From contig NC_043006.1 of the NCBI RefSeq assembly GCF_006345805.1, positions 95,356,001 to 95,420,000 on the forward strand: a stretch of 64,000 nucleotides of DNA, in the 5' to 3' direction. This stretch comes from Octopus sinensis. Lineage: Eukaryota. The position numbers were made by a program, and so were the translations under genes. The notes under the pieces were generated by a model. The model did not search any database. It was not told the DNA's origin and saw only the letters and a program-made list of their open reading frames with translations. The stretch's first letter is position 1; each line of letters opens with the position of its first letter. Below are positions 23,401 through 36,629 of the stretch, one piece after another.

Positions 23401-25397
23401 TTACTGCTCGAAAGTTTTTGCTTTCTCCTCCGTTGGTTTGTCCTCGAGAAGATCCCAGTACAGTTTCTTTGTGAGATATTTTTGGCATTTACCAACCGCA
23501 CTGGGAAAATGCCTTTGAGTGTGTGGTGCAGACTTTTGGAGATGTGTAATATTTTGATGTGGTCTGGTGGTGTTGTGTATGGGTGATTGTTTTGTTTTTA
23601 TGTCATCTTCTGTTATGTTTGTTTTTGATTGGATGTATTCCATCAAATTTGTTTTTTGGGGTGTCTATGGCTGTGAGCATGTTTGGCTGTATATGTTTTT
23701 GTTGTGTTGGTGTGGCTGTTGTTTGCGTTGGGTTTTGAAATGTCTTCGGGAGATGTATTTCCCCCTGCTTTGTTCGTGTTTGCATTTGGTTTGGTTGTGT
23801 TCTCTGCTCTTTATTTTCCTTCTTTTTGTAGCTATTTGCCATTCCTCACTGGTTTCGTCTTCCGACGAAATTTCTGAGGAATCAGAAGGGGGTAGGGGTA
23901 TGTTGTGGGCTTCTATGTATGTCTGTGTAGTGGTTGTGTTGTTGTTTTTTCGTTGTTGTTGGTTGTTGAGTGTTTGTGTGTTTGAGTGCGGTGATAAGGG
24001 ATGGGGGATCAATTTGTGTGTGTTTTCTTTGTTTTTCTGTTCCTTTGGGTTTGCTGTTGATGGTGGTGTTGGTATTTTTTCAGGTGTCGAGTGGTTTTTG
24101 GTTGATGACGGATTAGCTTGGTGTGCTTCTCTTGTCGTCTTCTGTGTTGATGGTGGTGTGGGTAGTAGAGCTTTTTTTCCGGAGTGCTTTGGTTGTTGTT
24201 GTTGCTCTTGGTGTGCAGTGGTTGGGCACGTCTTTTTTCAAGTGTGTTTCGCTTCCACACAAATAGCAGCGTGGTCGCCTGCCCTCTACCACTATATAGA
24301 GTTTGTAGCCTCCTGGCAGTTCTATAGCGGTGGGTATCTTCTCTCTTGCTGCTTCATCCAATTGAAGCAGAATTCGATTGATTTGCCCACATAGTCTTTC
24401 TCCTCCCTAAACCGCGATTTCCAGGATGTTTGTCTCTGACATTGTCTCTGACATTTCAAAGCAGATGGCAGAGACCAACCATTGTGTTTCGACATCAAAT
24501 GTATGTTTTTTTTTATTGGACTTTCGTGACCCTTTTGTTTAAATAGACTGTATCATTACCAAGTCGTCCGAATGCAGCTCCAATGTGGAAAAACGTTTTG
24601 CTAAACTTTCGTTGAGGAAACGTACTTGGACTGTACCAAATTTGTTTCCCCAACTGATATATTCCTTGGAGTCCCATACAGACGAAGGCATTTATCGATT
24701 TTTTCCTGCGTGCATTTTCTGTTCTTCTTGTTTTTTTGTTTATTACTTTATAAATTATTGTTTTTTTTTGTGTGTTTTCCACGATGTGTTGTGGAATATG
24801 AAGGTGCAATTTGTCTCCTTCTTTGGAGAAGAGTGCCTTTGTGCGGTTTATCTCTTGTGTGGTGAATGTTACAATTGTTCTTTTTTGTTTTGTTACGTCC
24901 GCAAAATTCGTTTTGAATTTGGCAGTAGAAGTGTTAATTGTGGCAGTGTTAATTGAAGTCATGGTGTGGTGTTGGTGTTGGCGGTATTAGCAGCAGAAGG
25001 CTTGGATGTAGCATTTGACGTCGTAGTAGTGGTGTTGGTGTTTGGCGGTGTTGTCTTTGGTAGGCGGTTTTGTGCCAATTTCGTTGTTGTTGTTGTTGGT
25101 GGTGATGGTGGTGGTGCTGGCATTCATGTTTTCGTTTTGTATCATTTTTGAAATCCCTTCTCTGTCCCTTTATCATCAACAAGTGGTGTGGGGAGTGAGG
25201 GAAATCTAAGTTATGTCTTTGGTCGCGGCGATGGTGAATGCGACGTTAGATTTGTTGTTGTTGTTGTTGGGTGGTGTGATGGTGGTGACAGCGGTGTTCA
25301 CGCTGCGATGTTTAGCAGCTAGTGGTAGCAATAGTGTTTTGCTACCGTTCTGCATGACTGGCGGGCTAGCCACGTGGTTTCTAGTTGCCATTTTCAA
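23401..25397 (-). pseudogene. LINE ORF1 (gag-like), frameshifted
   Basis: EGRRPRCYLCGSETHLKKD knuckle, acidic SDSSEISSEDETSEEWQIATKRRK segment, Thr/Gln-rich low complexity; immediately upstream of ORF2. Confidence 0.75.
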
Positions 25398-25598
25398 AAT
25401 GAAAAATGGCTAAAAAACCCACGAAAGTTTTGAAAGTTTTTTTGTAATTTCGCCCATACAGGGGCGGAATTCTACGTGAATAATTCTCAGTTTTTTAGTG
25501 AATGAACTTGCACAACGATTAAAACAAAATATTTGACAACAAGGAGTTTAAACATGTAAAAGTGGCCAACTTACGTGGAGCCGATATGACTAGCGTCC

Positions 25599-25655
25599 GA
25601 TAGAAAGATAGATAGATAGATGGATGAATGGACGGATGGATGGATGGATAGATAG

Positions 25656-25752
<97 letters not shown>

Positions 25753-26087
25753 GGGATAGATGGATGGAGAGATAGATAGGTAGATAGATAGATAGATAGA
25801 TGGATGAATGGATGGATGGATGGAGAGATAGATAGATAGAGATTGATAGATAGATAGATAGAGGGATGGATGGAGAGATAGATAGGTAGATAGATAGATA
25901 GATAGATAGATGGATGAATGGATGGATGGAGAGATAGATAGATAGAGATAGATAGATAGAGGGATGGAGGAATGGATGGATGGATGCATGGAGGAATGGA
26001 TGGATGTATGGATGGAGAGATAGATAGATAGATAGATAGATAGATGGACGGATGGATGGATAGATAGATAGATAGATAGATAGACAT

Positions 26088-26132
<45 letters not shown>

Positions 26133-26192
26133 GGGATGGATGAATGGATGGATGGATGGATGGATGGAGAGATAGATATGTAGATAGATATG

Positions 26193-26223
<31 letters not shown>

Positions 26224-26244
26224 TAGATAGATATGTAGATAGAT

Positions 26245-26275
<31 letters not shown>
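25599..26275. repeat. Long compound (GATA)n/(GGAT)n microsatellite at the LINE 5' junction
   Basis: Direct reading. Confidence 0.95.
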
Positions 26276-27049
26276 GCTTCATGCTTATCTACATATGTGA
26301 GTTTCTGAGTCTCTAAATCAATGTATATGCATTTATATCGCAAGACACGTACAAATGCATACCAACGTAGACGCATATATGCCTCTCTGTGTGTGTGTAT
26401 GTGCGCGCACATATTTACGCAGACATCTAGAAAGTTAACGAATACTTATGTGTGTGCGTTTGTGTTTCATATGCGTTACAATAACAATCTATAATGATTT
26501 TAGAGAGCGAGAGAGTGTGTGTGTGTGTGTGTGTGTGTGACCGAGAGATGTGTTAATCCCAATAGTACGATGAAAAGGCGCTTAATTTTCTATGATGCCT
26601 CGCACTATAATAGTTTGCTAATGAAGGAGACCATTGAATATTATGCAAAATTATATATTATGGCAGTTTTGTAAATACATTGGTTGCAGTGATTTCAGTA
26701 AAATGAGGTTTTAGTGATGAATGAGGTGCTAGAGATTAGGACCTTGCTGTTGTGGAGGTTAAGAGAGAGAAAAAGTGAGACAAATTACTACTTAGAATAT
26801 CATAATGATAAATGTATTTAATTATATTTTTTTCTTCGTGTTGCAGTGAATAGAAATTGTTTATGGTGTTTGCTGTGCGTGTTTAAGTGTGTTAAATAAT
26901 ATGTGACAAGTTTTGGCATGTATGTGTTTGTATATGTGCGTGTATTTATGTGTTATCTGTACATACATATGCAGGAAAGCTAGATAAAAGTTTCCGTAAT
27001 TATATTCAAATGATATGTGTCATGTATACGAGAATACACACATAAAAAC

Positions 27050-27082
<33 letters not shown>

Positions 27083-27290
27083 ATATGTTATGTATGTATG
27101 TATGTATGTATGTATGTATGTATGTATGTATGTATATATATATATATTTACATATATGTACATATATATGTATATATATATATATATATGTATGTGTATG
27201 TATGTATGTATATGTAGGTATGCGTGCGTGTGCGTGTCATGCAAATATTTAGAACACACACATATATATGCATTTGGTAGATATATATAT

Positions 27291-27328
<38 letters not shown>

Positions 27329-27329
27329 G

Positions 27330-27375
<46 letters not shown>

Positions 27376-28209
27376 AAGATAGATAGATATACCGACTCCT
27401 TCCTCTATTTCTGTAATGGTATTTCTTTCTGCCCCTGACATATTTTTCAGCTCTCTAATTACTGTCGTATGCTTTTCGTTAACTCTTAGTAGCAAGCAAT
27501 ATAATATGAAGTTTATAAAGCCTTAATTAGCAGCATATGAATTTCACAATCTGATATTAAAAATATCCCATACAATGATCATATACCATATTCAGGAACA
27601 AACAGAAACGTTCGTATGTTTATATGTTCACCGCTGTAATGTCGTATATCCGGTTGTGTATTTTTAATATGCTTAATGATTAAATATATATTTACGTATT
27701 TGCATATTTATATCTAAATGTAACGAGATGGATACCGATGCTGTCAAGAATAAGAGCCACCTTAAAGTCACCTTTGCGATTACTTGACTTTCGTAAATTT
27801 AACAACGAAAGCTCCCCTCTAAACGATCATTTATATATTTCCATGGTCATTGCTGTGATAAGCTTTCTGGTCTAGAAACCTTCTGTCAGAGCTTTTAAAC
27901 GTGTCACCATCTTCTCTTCACAAACACATCGCTTCACTGTCCAGTATCCTGTTAGTTATAAATGCTTTTATTCTAATAGCGTCTTTCTACGAACAACTGC
28001 TCTCTGTTACTCATTGCCACCATGTTGTTTACCTCTGAATTGTGATATTCAACCTTTTATGCCTTTGAATTTCTGGTCATGTTTTTTCTTTTTTTTTCCT
28101 TTCTTTCTTGCGACGTGTCCTGAAGATTTCTTAGCGATAGAATTGTATAACAATGTCATCTCTTCAGGAGTGAAAAAATTAAAAACAAAATGCAAATCTT
28201 AATAACGTA

Positions 28210-28335
28210 TGGGCAGGTGTTTCTGTTTGGTAAGAAACTTGCTTCCCAAGGACATGATTCTGGGTTCAATCTCATTGCGTAACACCTTTGGTAAGTGTGT
28301 TCTATTATAGCCTCGGGCAGACCAACGCCTTGTAA
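28210..28335 (+). mobile_element. SINE family A head fragment (old)
   Basis: GGTAAGAAACTTGCTTCCCAA..GGGTTCAATCTC..TATAGCCTCGGGCAGACCAA. Confidence 0.65.
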
Positions 28336-28729
28336 GATGACTTCTACATCCTTGTTTGTTCAGCTTCGAAATCATTTGCTTTAAACTTAAACAGTTGTTA
28401 TTGTTAAAAAGAATTGACAGTAAAGTATGAATCTATAATATACATGCAAGCAAATATATATGTGTGTGTGTGTGTGTGTGTCTGTCTGTGCATGTGTGTG
28501 TGTATTTATATATGTATGTACGTACAGATATTTTCATACATATATACACGTATATATGCGGGCACATATATATATATGTATACGTTTAACTATATGTTTC
28601 TATGCATCTCTCCCTTTCTCTCTCTCTCTCCCTATATATATATATATATATTATATATATATATATATAATATAATATATATATATATATATATACATAT
28701 ATATATACATATATACATACATATATTAC

Positions 28730-29536
28730 ATGGGAAAATGTGAACAAGAGAAATAATATTCTCATCACATTTAGCCTTGAAAAGCACAGGACAACTTATT
28801 ACATCTGATACAATACGGAACAAGAAAGTTTTTATTTAAAATATTGCACTTAAGGATTAAACTTCAAATAAATTATTTAGATTTAGAAAATATTAGATTT
28901 TATTAAAACTAAAAAAATTATTATAAGTTATTAATTCTATTGGTTATTATTTGTTCCTTTTATTAAATTTAGAAAATAATTCAAAATATTTTTGTACGTT
29001 AAAAAATTCATTTTTCATTATTAATTAATAATTAGATATTTGAAAATAAGTTATAAAAAATAATTAGCGCAATAAATAGAATAATACAGAAACTAGTTAT
29101 ACATTGCAGTACAATCTAACTAAAACAAAAAATTCACAGTAAAATTTGCTTGGGTTATTGCCAAGTCTTCACATTTTTAGTCTTGACCCAATGCCTATTT
29201 TTTACTTAATGAATTTTCCTACTATTCTACTTTGCATAAAACTTTAGCTATATTGGTACTTCTGGCTCTCATTTTATAAAGTATTCTAGAGTGTCAATAT
29301 TTTAACAAAATGATGGTATATTTTGTGATTGTAATGTTACTTTGTAAGTTAAGTTGAAATGGATTTTAATATTCAAATTCTATCTTTAGCTGCAATATTT
29401 TGAGTATAAATTATCTTGTTCTGTACTTTTCCAAGTGTAATAACTTGTCCGGAACTTTTCCAAGTGTAATAACTTGTCCTGACTTTTCAGGTTTATAATC
29501 TTAAGAATATTATTTCCCTTGCTCGCATTTTTCCAT
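28730..29536. repeat. AT-rich segment bounded by ~75-bp imperfect inverted repeats
   Basis: ATGGGAAAATGTGAACAAGAGAAATAATATTCT (28730+) vs ATGGAAAAATGCGAGCAAGGGAAATAATATTCT (29536-); third direct copy near 30385. Confidence 0.6.
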
Positions 29537-29722
29537 CCAATCCATGTCTTTTATCAGGCTATGCTATTATGCTAATTAATCATGTTAAGCGGTGTCCTTG
29601 ATGATGTTTCCTTATCTCAATGATACCAGTGACATATATTAAAGTCCCCTTATAGAACTATATTCATAAAAAAGTACAGAACTGTATTATTAACCTCAAA
29701 TTTGAGAAACAAATACTCATAC

Positions 29723-29795
29723 CTTTTTAAAAAGAAAAATTCATTGCATGCGACTGGTACCATGGGATTCCTCAAATTGAGCTCCATCATTTAAG
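29723..29795 (-). other. Candidate exon X1 (73 nt)
   Basis: TTTTAATTAAG|CTTAAATGATGG...AAAAAG|GTATGA; paralogue at 30501-30580. Confidence 0.3.
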
Positions 29796-29880
29796 CTTAA
29801 TTAAAATACAGTTTGTTTTTGAAATAAAAAAAGATTAATTATTCTTAAATCCAATATATATATATTCTTTCTTTCCTTTC

Positions 29881-30284
29881 TTTTACTTGTTTCAGTCATT
29901 TGACTGCGGCCATGCTGGAGCACCGCCTTTAATCGAGCAACTCGACCCCGGGACTTATTCTTTTGTAAGCCCAGTACTTATTCTATCGGTCTTCTTTTGC
30001 CGAACCGCTAAGTAACGGGGACATAACACACCAGCATCGGTTGTCAACCAATGCTACGGGGACAAAAACAGACACACAAACACACAACAGGCATATATAT
30101 ATATATATATATACATATATACGACGGGCTTCTTTCAGTTTCCGTATACCAAATCCACTCACAAGGCTTTGGTCGGCCCGGGCTATAGTAAAGACACTTG
30201 CCCAAGGTGCCACGGAGTGGGACTGAACCAGGAACCATGCGGTTGGTAAACAAGCTACTTACCACACAGCCACACAGCCACTCC
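29881..30284 (-). mobile_element. SINE family A, full-length
   Basis: Reverse complement of the 4021-4424 type. Confidence 0.9.
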
Positions 30285-30307
30285 ATATATATACATATAT
30301 ATATATA

Positions 30308-30373
<66 letters not shown>

Positions 30374-30408
30374 TACATATATTCCCTGGGAAAATGTGAA
30401 CAACAGAA

Positions 30409-30446
<38 letters not shown>

Positions 30447-30500
30447 TAACATAATTAGCCTTGAAAGGCACAGTACAGTATTTTTTTCATGATATTTTAC

Positions 30501-30580
30501 CTCACAACATTTTTGTTTTCACATTTTGCTGCATGCGACTAAAACTATTAAATTCCTCATGCTTTCTTCCATCATTGAAC
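30501..30580 (-). other. Candidate exon X2 (80 nt)
   Basis: TTTATCTTAG|GTTCAATGATGG...TGTGAG|GTAAAA; paralogue of X1. Confidence 0.3.
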
Positions 30581-30872
30581 CTAAGATAAATATATTTAGC
30601 TATTAAAGTAACAAAAGTTATTTCGATCTAAACTTGATTGCAGGTGTTACTTACTCGCCTACGACGTTCCGACAAATTTCGTAAACTTTTCTCTCCTGGA
30701 CCAAATCTCAAAGTTTTTTAAAGCCAAAATATAATTGGGGACCAGTTCTCTTCAAAAATGTTAACCGTTTTCAATTTGGTTGAGAAGTGAATTAGTGAGA
30801 AGTTCTGAAAGATGCTACATGCGAGTAAAATGCGGCCTTAAGAATATTATTCAACAGGTACTGTAGTTGAAT

Positions 30873-30903
<31 letters not shown>

Positions 30904-31483
30904 ATATATATATATATATATTATATTCTTTTAATCTTTTACTCTCTTATGTATTATTAGTATACGCAAGTATTTACATATGCATGTATTCTTATATACT
31001 CCTTATGTTTTAAAATAAATATGTCTAAGGGCTGATGTATGTCATTTGTATCCCCTCCATTTTCTTTATTGCTATAATATATATATGTGTGTGTGTGTGT
31101 GTGTACGTGTGTGGATATATATATATATATATATAAGTAAAATCATTTTTCGTCTTTGTCTCTTCCTTCTTCCTTTCCTTCTAGTTACCTTTGACACCAG
31201 TTTCAGATACAAAGGCACACACACACGCACACTCTCTCACTTTCTCCCTATTCATCACCCTCTTTTATTATTCTATATTTCTCTCCATCCCTACACACTC
31301 ATTAACCCTATCAAAAGAGACAAATCTGAAAAAAATTCAATCCGAAAATTCACTAGAATGGATGCAAGCACTATTATATGATTTGTAAAAAAATGTGACA
31401 TATTAGTAAAAATCTATAAATATGAAACCATCCAGATTTCTTATTTCTTCTGATATATAATACCTGTACGTTATCTCCAAGCC

Positions 31484-31525
<42 letters not shown>

Positions 31526-31527
<2 letters not shown>

Positions 31528-31879
31528 CGCAGGAGTGGCTGTGTGGTAAGTAGCTTGCTAACCAACCACATGGTTCCAGGTTCAGTCCCACTGCGGGGCA
31601 TCTTGGTCAAGTGTCTTCTGCTATAGCCCCGGGCCGACCAATGCCTTGTGAGTGGATTTGGTAGACGGAAACTGAAAGAAGCCCGTCGTATGTATATATA
31701 TATATATAAGTGTGTGTGTATATGTTTGTGCGTCTGTGTTTGTCCCACTAGCATTGCTTGACAACCGATGCTGGTGTGTTTACGTCCCCGTCACTTAGCG
31801 GTTCGGCAAAAGAGACCGATAGAATAAGTACTGGGCTTACAAAGAATGAAACAAGTAAAAGTGTAAAGAGTAAAGAGTA
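31526..31879 (+). mobile_element. SINE family A with a deletion in the 3' part
   Basis: Head and central region are intact; jumps from ACAAAGAAT to GAAACAAGTAAAA. Confidence 0.9.
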
Positions 31880-32834
31880 TATATATATATATATATAACT
31901 GACTCCGAGGCCTACTTCTATGTCTAAATATCATGCGATTTCCAGGTATTCTCGTTGTGTCTATGCTTATATTTCAACAAAATACCAAAATGGTAGGCTT
32001 TGCATTTACAAATAAACGTGGCCAAAAATAAGACTGCTACGTTTGTTTATGGCAGAAAAGAAAACGCGTTGTGCGATTAATACGCGTTATCTGCTTTGTT
32101 AGTGCGAACACATATTTCGAAACCAGTGTCTACGAAATTCTCTACAGTCAATAGCTTCTCTATCCACGTTATAAACTCATATGTATGTATATATGTATTG
32201 TTCCTTGATATGCTTGATTATGTTAACAATTATATAAGTGGCCTAATGAAAAGCTGGGATTTTCTGGTTGACGAAACCACCAGTTAACTTTCGCTTTCCA
32301 TATGTGAAATAATTTGTAAGCTGTATATTCAAGATATGCAAAACATCTATAAGGCCCATGTAGCTCTTCGAGAATGTTATCTAGATTTGTGCAAAGTTGT
32401 TTGGTTCCATGCTGGAAATCAACCTCTTCTTAATAGGTTGAATTTAAATAATTAAAACCGGGATATAAATGATACAGCCTTAATGACATTCATACGTTTA
32501 TACATATATGTATAGACAATGCATATATGAATATTCAAATTGAAGGGAATATTAGATGCAATAAAATTCCCTGACAAAAACGACAACCTCACATTAAACT
32601 CCTGATATAAGAAGACTTAGAAAAATTTCGGTACAACGATAGGCCACCACAATAAAGACTAGTCTATGAATTAATTATTATTTATTTATTTACTGTAGGA
32701 ACATTAGGATGCTTACGTCATCGTTTGTTGTTACAAAGGAAAAGAAACATCCAGTAAACTTCTAACTGAGCTTCCGCAAAATCACACACACATATAGATA
32801 CAGGCAAACGCACACATACAAAAACACGTAGGGA

Positions 32835-32892
<58 letters not shown>

Positions 32893-32972
32893 TGAGAGAA
32901 AGAGAAACGGGAGACATTTTGAAATTCGAACTGTCAACTCCTAAAACGTATATGTCTGTGTATGTGCGTGTG

Positions 32973-33007
<35 letters not shown>

Positions 33008-34262
33008 TATATATATATATATATATACATATATGTATATATATGTAAATATGCCTATATATAGGTATGTATATACATATATATATACAAAAGATATTAT
33101 ATATATATATATGTATATATATATGCACATATATATATATATATAATATACATATACCTAATAATATGCATCATATACATATATATACACATATATATGT
33201 ATGTATATATGCATATATATATATGTATATATATACTTATATATATATCCATGAGAGAGGGAATCTATATATGAGCTTAGTAGAGTAAGAGCGTTGCTCC
33301 GCATACTTGTACTATAGCATTCAACGGGCAAGTTTTAAATCAAATAAATACACACCATAAAAAAATAAGCAATTAATATATACACAAATTTTTCCTTGCA
33401 TATAGTTATGTATATATGTCAAGATAGGAATACTTGTGTATATATGTGAGTGTTTATTCGTTTCTTGACTGAGTAAACTATTTTATATTCATCTGCTAAA
33501 AGGCATTCCGCATCTTAATCTCTCATACTTACACGAAATTTACACGTATACATACTCATATTCAAAGACACATTCATATATATACACATATATCCATACA
33601 TATGCATACATACATTCATATGTATGTATGCATGAATGTATGTATATGTTTATATGTATATGTTTATATGTATATTCATATACGTGTGTTTTTACGTATA
33701 CACAAAGTTTTATATTGATAAATACATACAGACGTGCATATAAATATAAATATATACGCGAACACACACACATATACACACAAACACACACACCCATACA
33801 TACACATATATATATACACTGGTACAGCAAAGATCGTTTTACTTTTAATGCATTCAAAGAAGAGACTCAAATAACAGACTCCGCCACTACCACCACCACC
33901 ACCACAGCTACTGCCACTCTAAACAAAACACCATAAACCAACACTTTAGCAGATAAAACAAAGCATAAGCGATTAAAAACAATAAACATTTAACAAGGCA
34001 CGTAACATACGTATAAACATCTGATAAAATACAGAGGAATTTAAACATATATATATATATATATATATATATACACTAAAGACTCGCATATATTTGCATA
34101 TATACACACGCATGAATAAATATATATACATATATATATACAGTTAGATGTATATCATATACATAGAAACATAAATAGTGTAAATATTTATGTATATATG
34201 TGTATAAATATTTATATATGAATATGTATATAATATCTATATCATCTAACTATATATATATT

Positions 34263-34339
<77 letters not shown>

Positions 34340-35047
34340 ATGTGTGTGTGTGTGTGTGTATGCATAGATGTATACTTATAGACGTATATACGTATAAATA
34401 TCTAACTTAATATATATATTTATACATATGCATGCAAAATGAAATTTTCTTTATTTTGAAACTGGCAGAAGAAAAAAGAACTACAAAACCCCGCAAAATA
34501 AGTAGTTAAATAAATAAACAAGTAAACAAATAACGAAAGAAATAAATGTAGAAGAATCGAATATGATTTTTGAATTATTCATTAGAATTTCAAAACAGAT
34601 ATTCCTCATTTTTAAACATATTTTGTGAATCGAATTTTCAATGGCTTTTCTCATGAATATTAATGGCGTTCCTAGAGAGCGCTGGTTGCAGATTATGACG
34701 TAAGCCCACTGTAAACTTTCGACTCCCAACCTTTAGTCTTCTCAGATTTCGTTTGATGTTACTTACAAATTCATTTACATTTATATACACGGGAATCTAT
34801 ATTACTAAGAGGATGAACTGGATAAATGCTGGGTGGTTAAGGTTTTTGGACTTACCAGACTCACTGGTATTGGATTACCTGTTTGTGGAATATCTCAAGC
34901 ACAATATTCGAGGTCTTTGTCAGTGTTGCTGTTGTTGTTTTTGTTGTTGTTCGGAGCCTATAACAACCATCATTAAAAAAGTCAGGTGGTCGTTTACGTC
35001 CTACATATCAGGTTCTCGCATAATTAGTTGTTGGTAATTAGCAAAAT

Positions 35048-35350
35048 GTGGAGGCACATGGCCTAGTGGCTAGTGCATCGGACGCGCAGTCGTGAGATCG
35101 CGGGTTCGAATCTTAGATTGGGCGATGCGTGTGTTTATGAGCGAAACACCTGAGCTTCACGTGGCTCGGCAGAAGGTAATGGCGAACCTCTGCTGACTCT
35201 TTCGCCACAACGTTCTCTCGATCTTTCCTCCTGTATCTAGCAGCTCACCTGCGACGGACCGGTGTCCCGTCCAGGCGGAAACCTATTCGCCAATGAAACC
35301 GGTAAACCGGCCCTTGTGAGCCAGGCATGGCTTGAGAAGAACAAACAATT
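35048..35350 (+). mobile_element. tRNA-derived SINE family C with V-domain-like centre
   Basis: A-box TGGCCTAGTGG, B-box GGTTCGAATC, CCTGCGACGGACCGGTGTCCCGTCCAGG, tail GAAACCGGTAAACCGGCCC. Confidence 0.8.
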
Positions 35351-35637
35351 AGCAAAGTGGAAACTTGCTATACTGTTGACCTTTTAGTCAGTTGCAACCC
35401 TGCAAGGGAACGGCGTCCAGTTCAGGGAAATGTTGCGATCCTGATCACTTACAAGCTATATAAAATTGCGTTACTGTCCTGGACATTCCTAGGGCTTAAA
35501 GAAAAAAAAATCAAATGCATTCCAGCGTGACAGCCTCTATTGATTATGATGCACACTCGTGCACCAGACCCGTTTCCATCCCTTCAACACCGCTTTCGAT
35601 CAGCAGAGTTAAACATTTCTTTTGACTTAGCGAATTT

Positions 35638-35830
35638 GAAGGTGGCAAGCTGGCAGAATCGTTAGCACCCTAATGCTCAGCAGCATTTTTTCCCCCAGCT
35701 TTTCGTTCTAAGTTCAAATTCTGCCGAGATCGACGTTGCCTTTCATCATTTCTGAGTCAAGGACTTATGTACCAGTTGATCTTTGTCGTCGATATAATCG
35801 GCTTACATATTCCCCGAAATTTTAAGGCGT
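35638..35830 (+). mobile_element. SINE family B, degenerate
   Basis: GCAAGCTGGCAGAATCG..AAGTTCAAATTCTGCCGAGATCGAC..GCCTTTCATC. Confidence 0.8.
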
Positions 35831-36139
35831 TGAACTTATAGTAAAAAAGGATAGATCCACCCGTGGCCATCTCACATTTTCCTTTTTCTTTGGCAAGTTG
35901 TGCAAAGTTCTGGTATGTTCATATTTATCTCATTCAGTTCGTTTCAATCTTGACACTTTACTCAGTCATTCTCGTTGACAGATTTTAACAAGTCAACCTT
36001 GCTCCTGTACATTTTACAGTTCGTTTTAATGTTTATCTCCTCAACCAACTTAGAATTTGTCTGTCTTACGTTCCACACCTCAAAAGCCTGGATATGAACC
36101 CCGTTTCCATAATGTATAAATGATTGAAATTACAACACT

Positions 36140-36335
36140 CACCACATGGTTGGGGTGCTAGTCTATCACACGGTTAACTTCCCCGTTATAGCTCGAACGC
36201 ATTTACAGATGTGTGACCTGAGCCAATGTGAAATAAAGTGTTTTACTCAAGAACATAAAAAAATACCCGGTCGAGGAATGCAAGCCACGATCTTATCATC
36301 GTCAATGCAACGCCCTTACTACTACGACATGCAAA
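36140..36335 (-). mobile_element. Old tRNA-derived SINE with V-like segment
   Basis: Minus strand ..GTTCTTGAGTAAAACACTTTATTTCAC..AACCGTGTGATAGACTAGCACCCCAACC. Confidence 0.55.
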
Positions 36336-36629
36336 TTATCATCAAATTCATCATGTTGTCTACTAATTCCTATCCCTTTCTTTGCATCAGCAACCAGGGA
36401 AATACTTAATAAATTTTCACCACCTCAACAAATCGAATATCTGCTTTGAAGATTGTTTAAAATGACTGATATCAATTTATGTTATTTGATATCTATATAT
36501 TGTTGTGTCTGAGGAGAGTCATTCTCTTTTAGTGCCCTATTATTTAAACACACACACTGGTAAAGTTTCCACTCATTTACTTATTTATTTTTCATTAAAT
36601 TTTCTTTGCGTCTTGTAACCTTTTTAGTA

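Larger units (their letters stand above)
19561..25598 (-). mobile_element. Full-length Tx1/L1-clade LINE (~6 kb)
   Basis: 5' UTR, ORF1 with CCHC-like knuckle, ORF2 with APE endonuclease, RT and C-terminal zinc motif, 3' UTR ending AATAAAGAAACA then (TATC)n. Confidence 0.92.

Noticed and set aside
28820-29100. Possible mitochondrial insertion (very AT-rich)
   Set aside because: No recognisable mitochondrial gene, tRNA or rRNA motif.
34850-34940. Minus-strand donor CTG|GTAAGT with upstream sequence
   Set aside because: All three frames hit stops and no convincing acceptor was found.
36505-36540. CTGAGGA-GAG(TCATT)CTC motif
   Set aside because: No GAAA follows the hairpin, so it is not an HHR.
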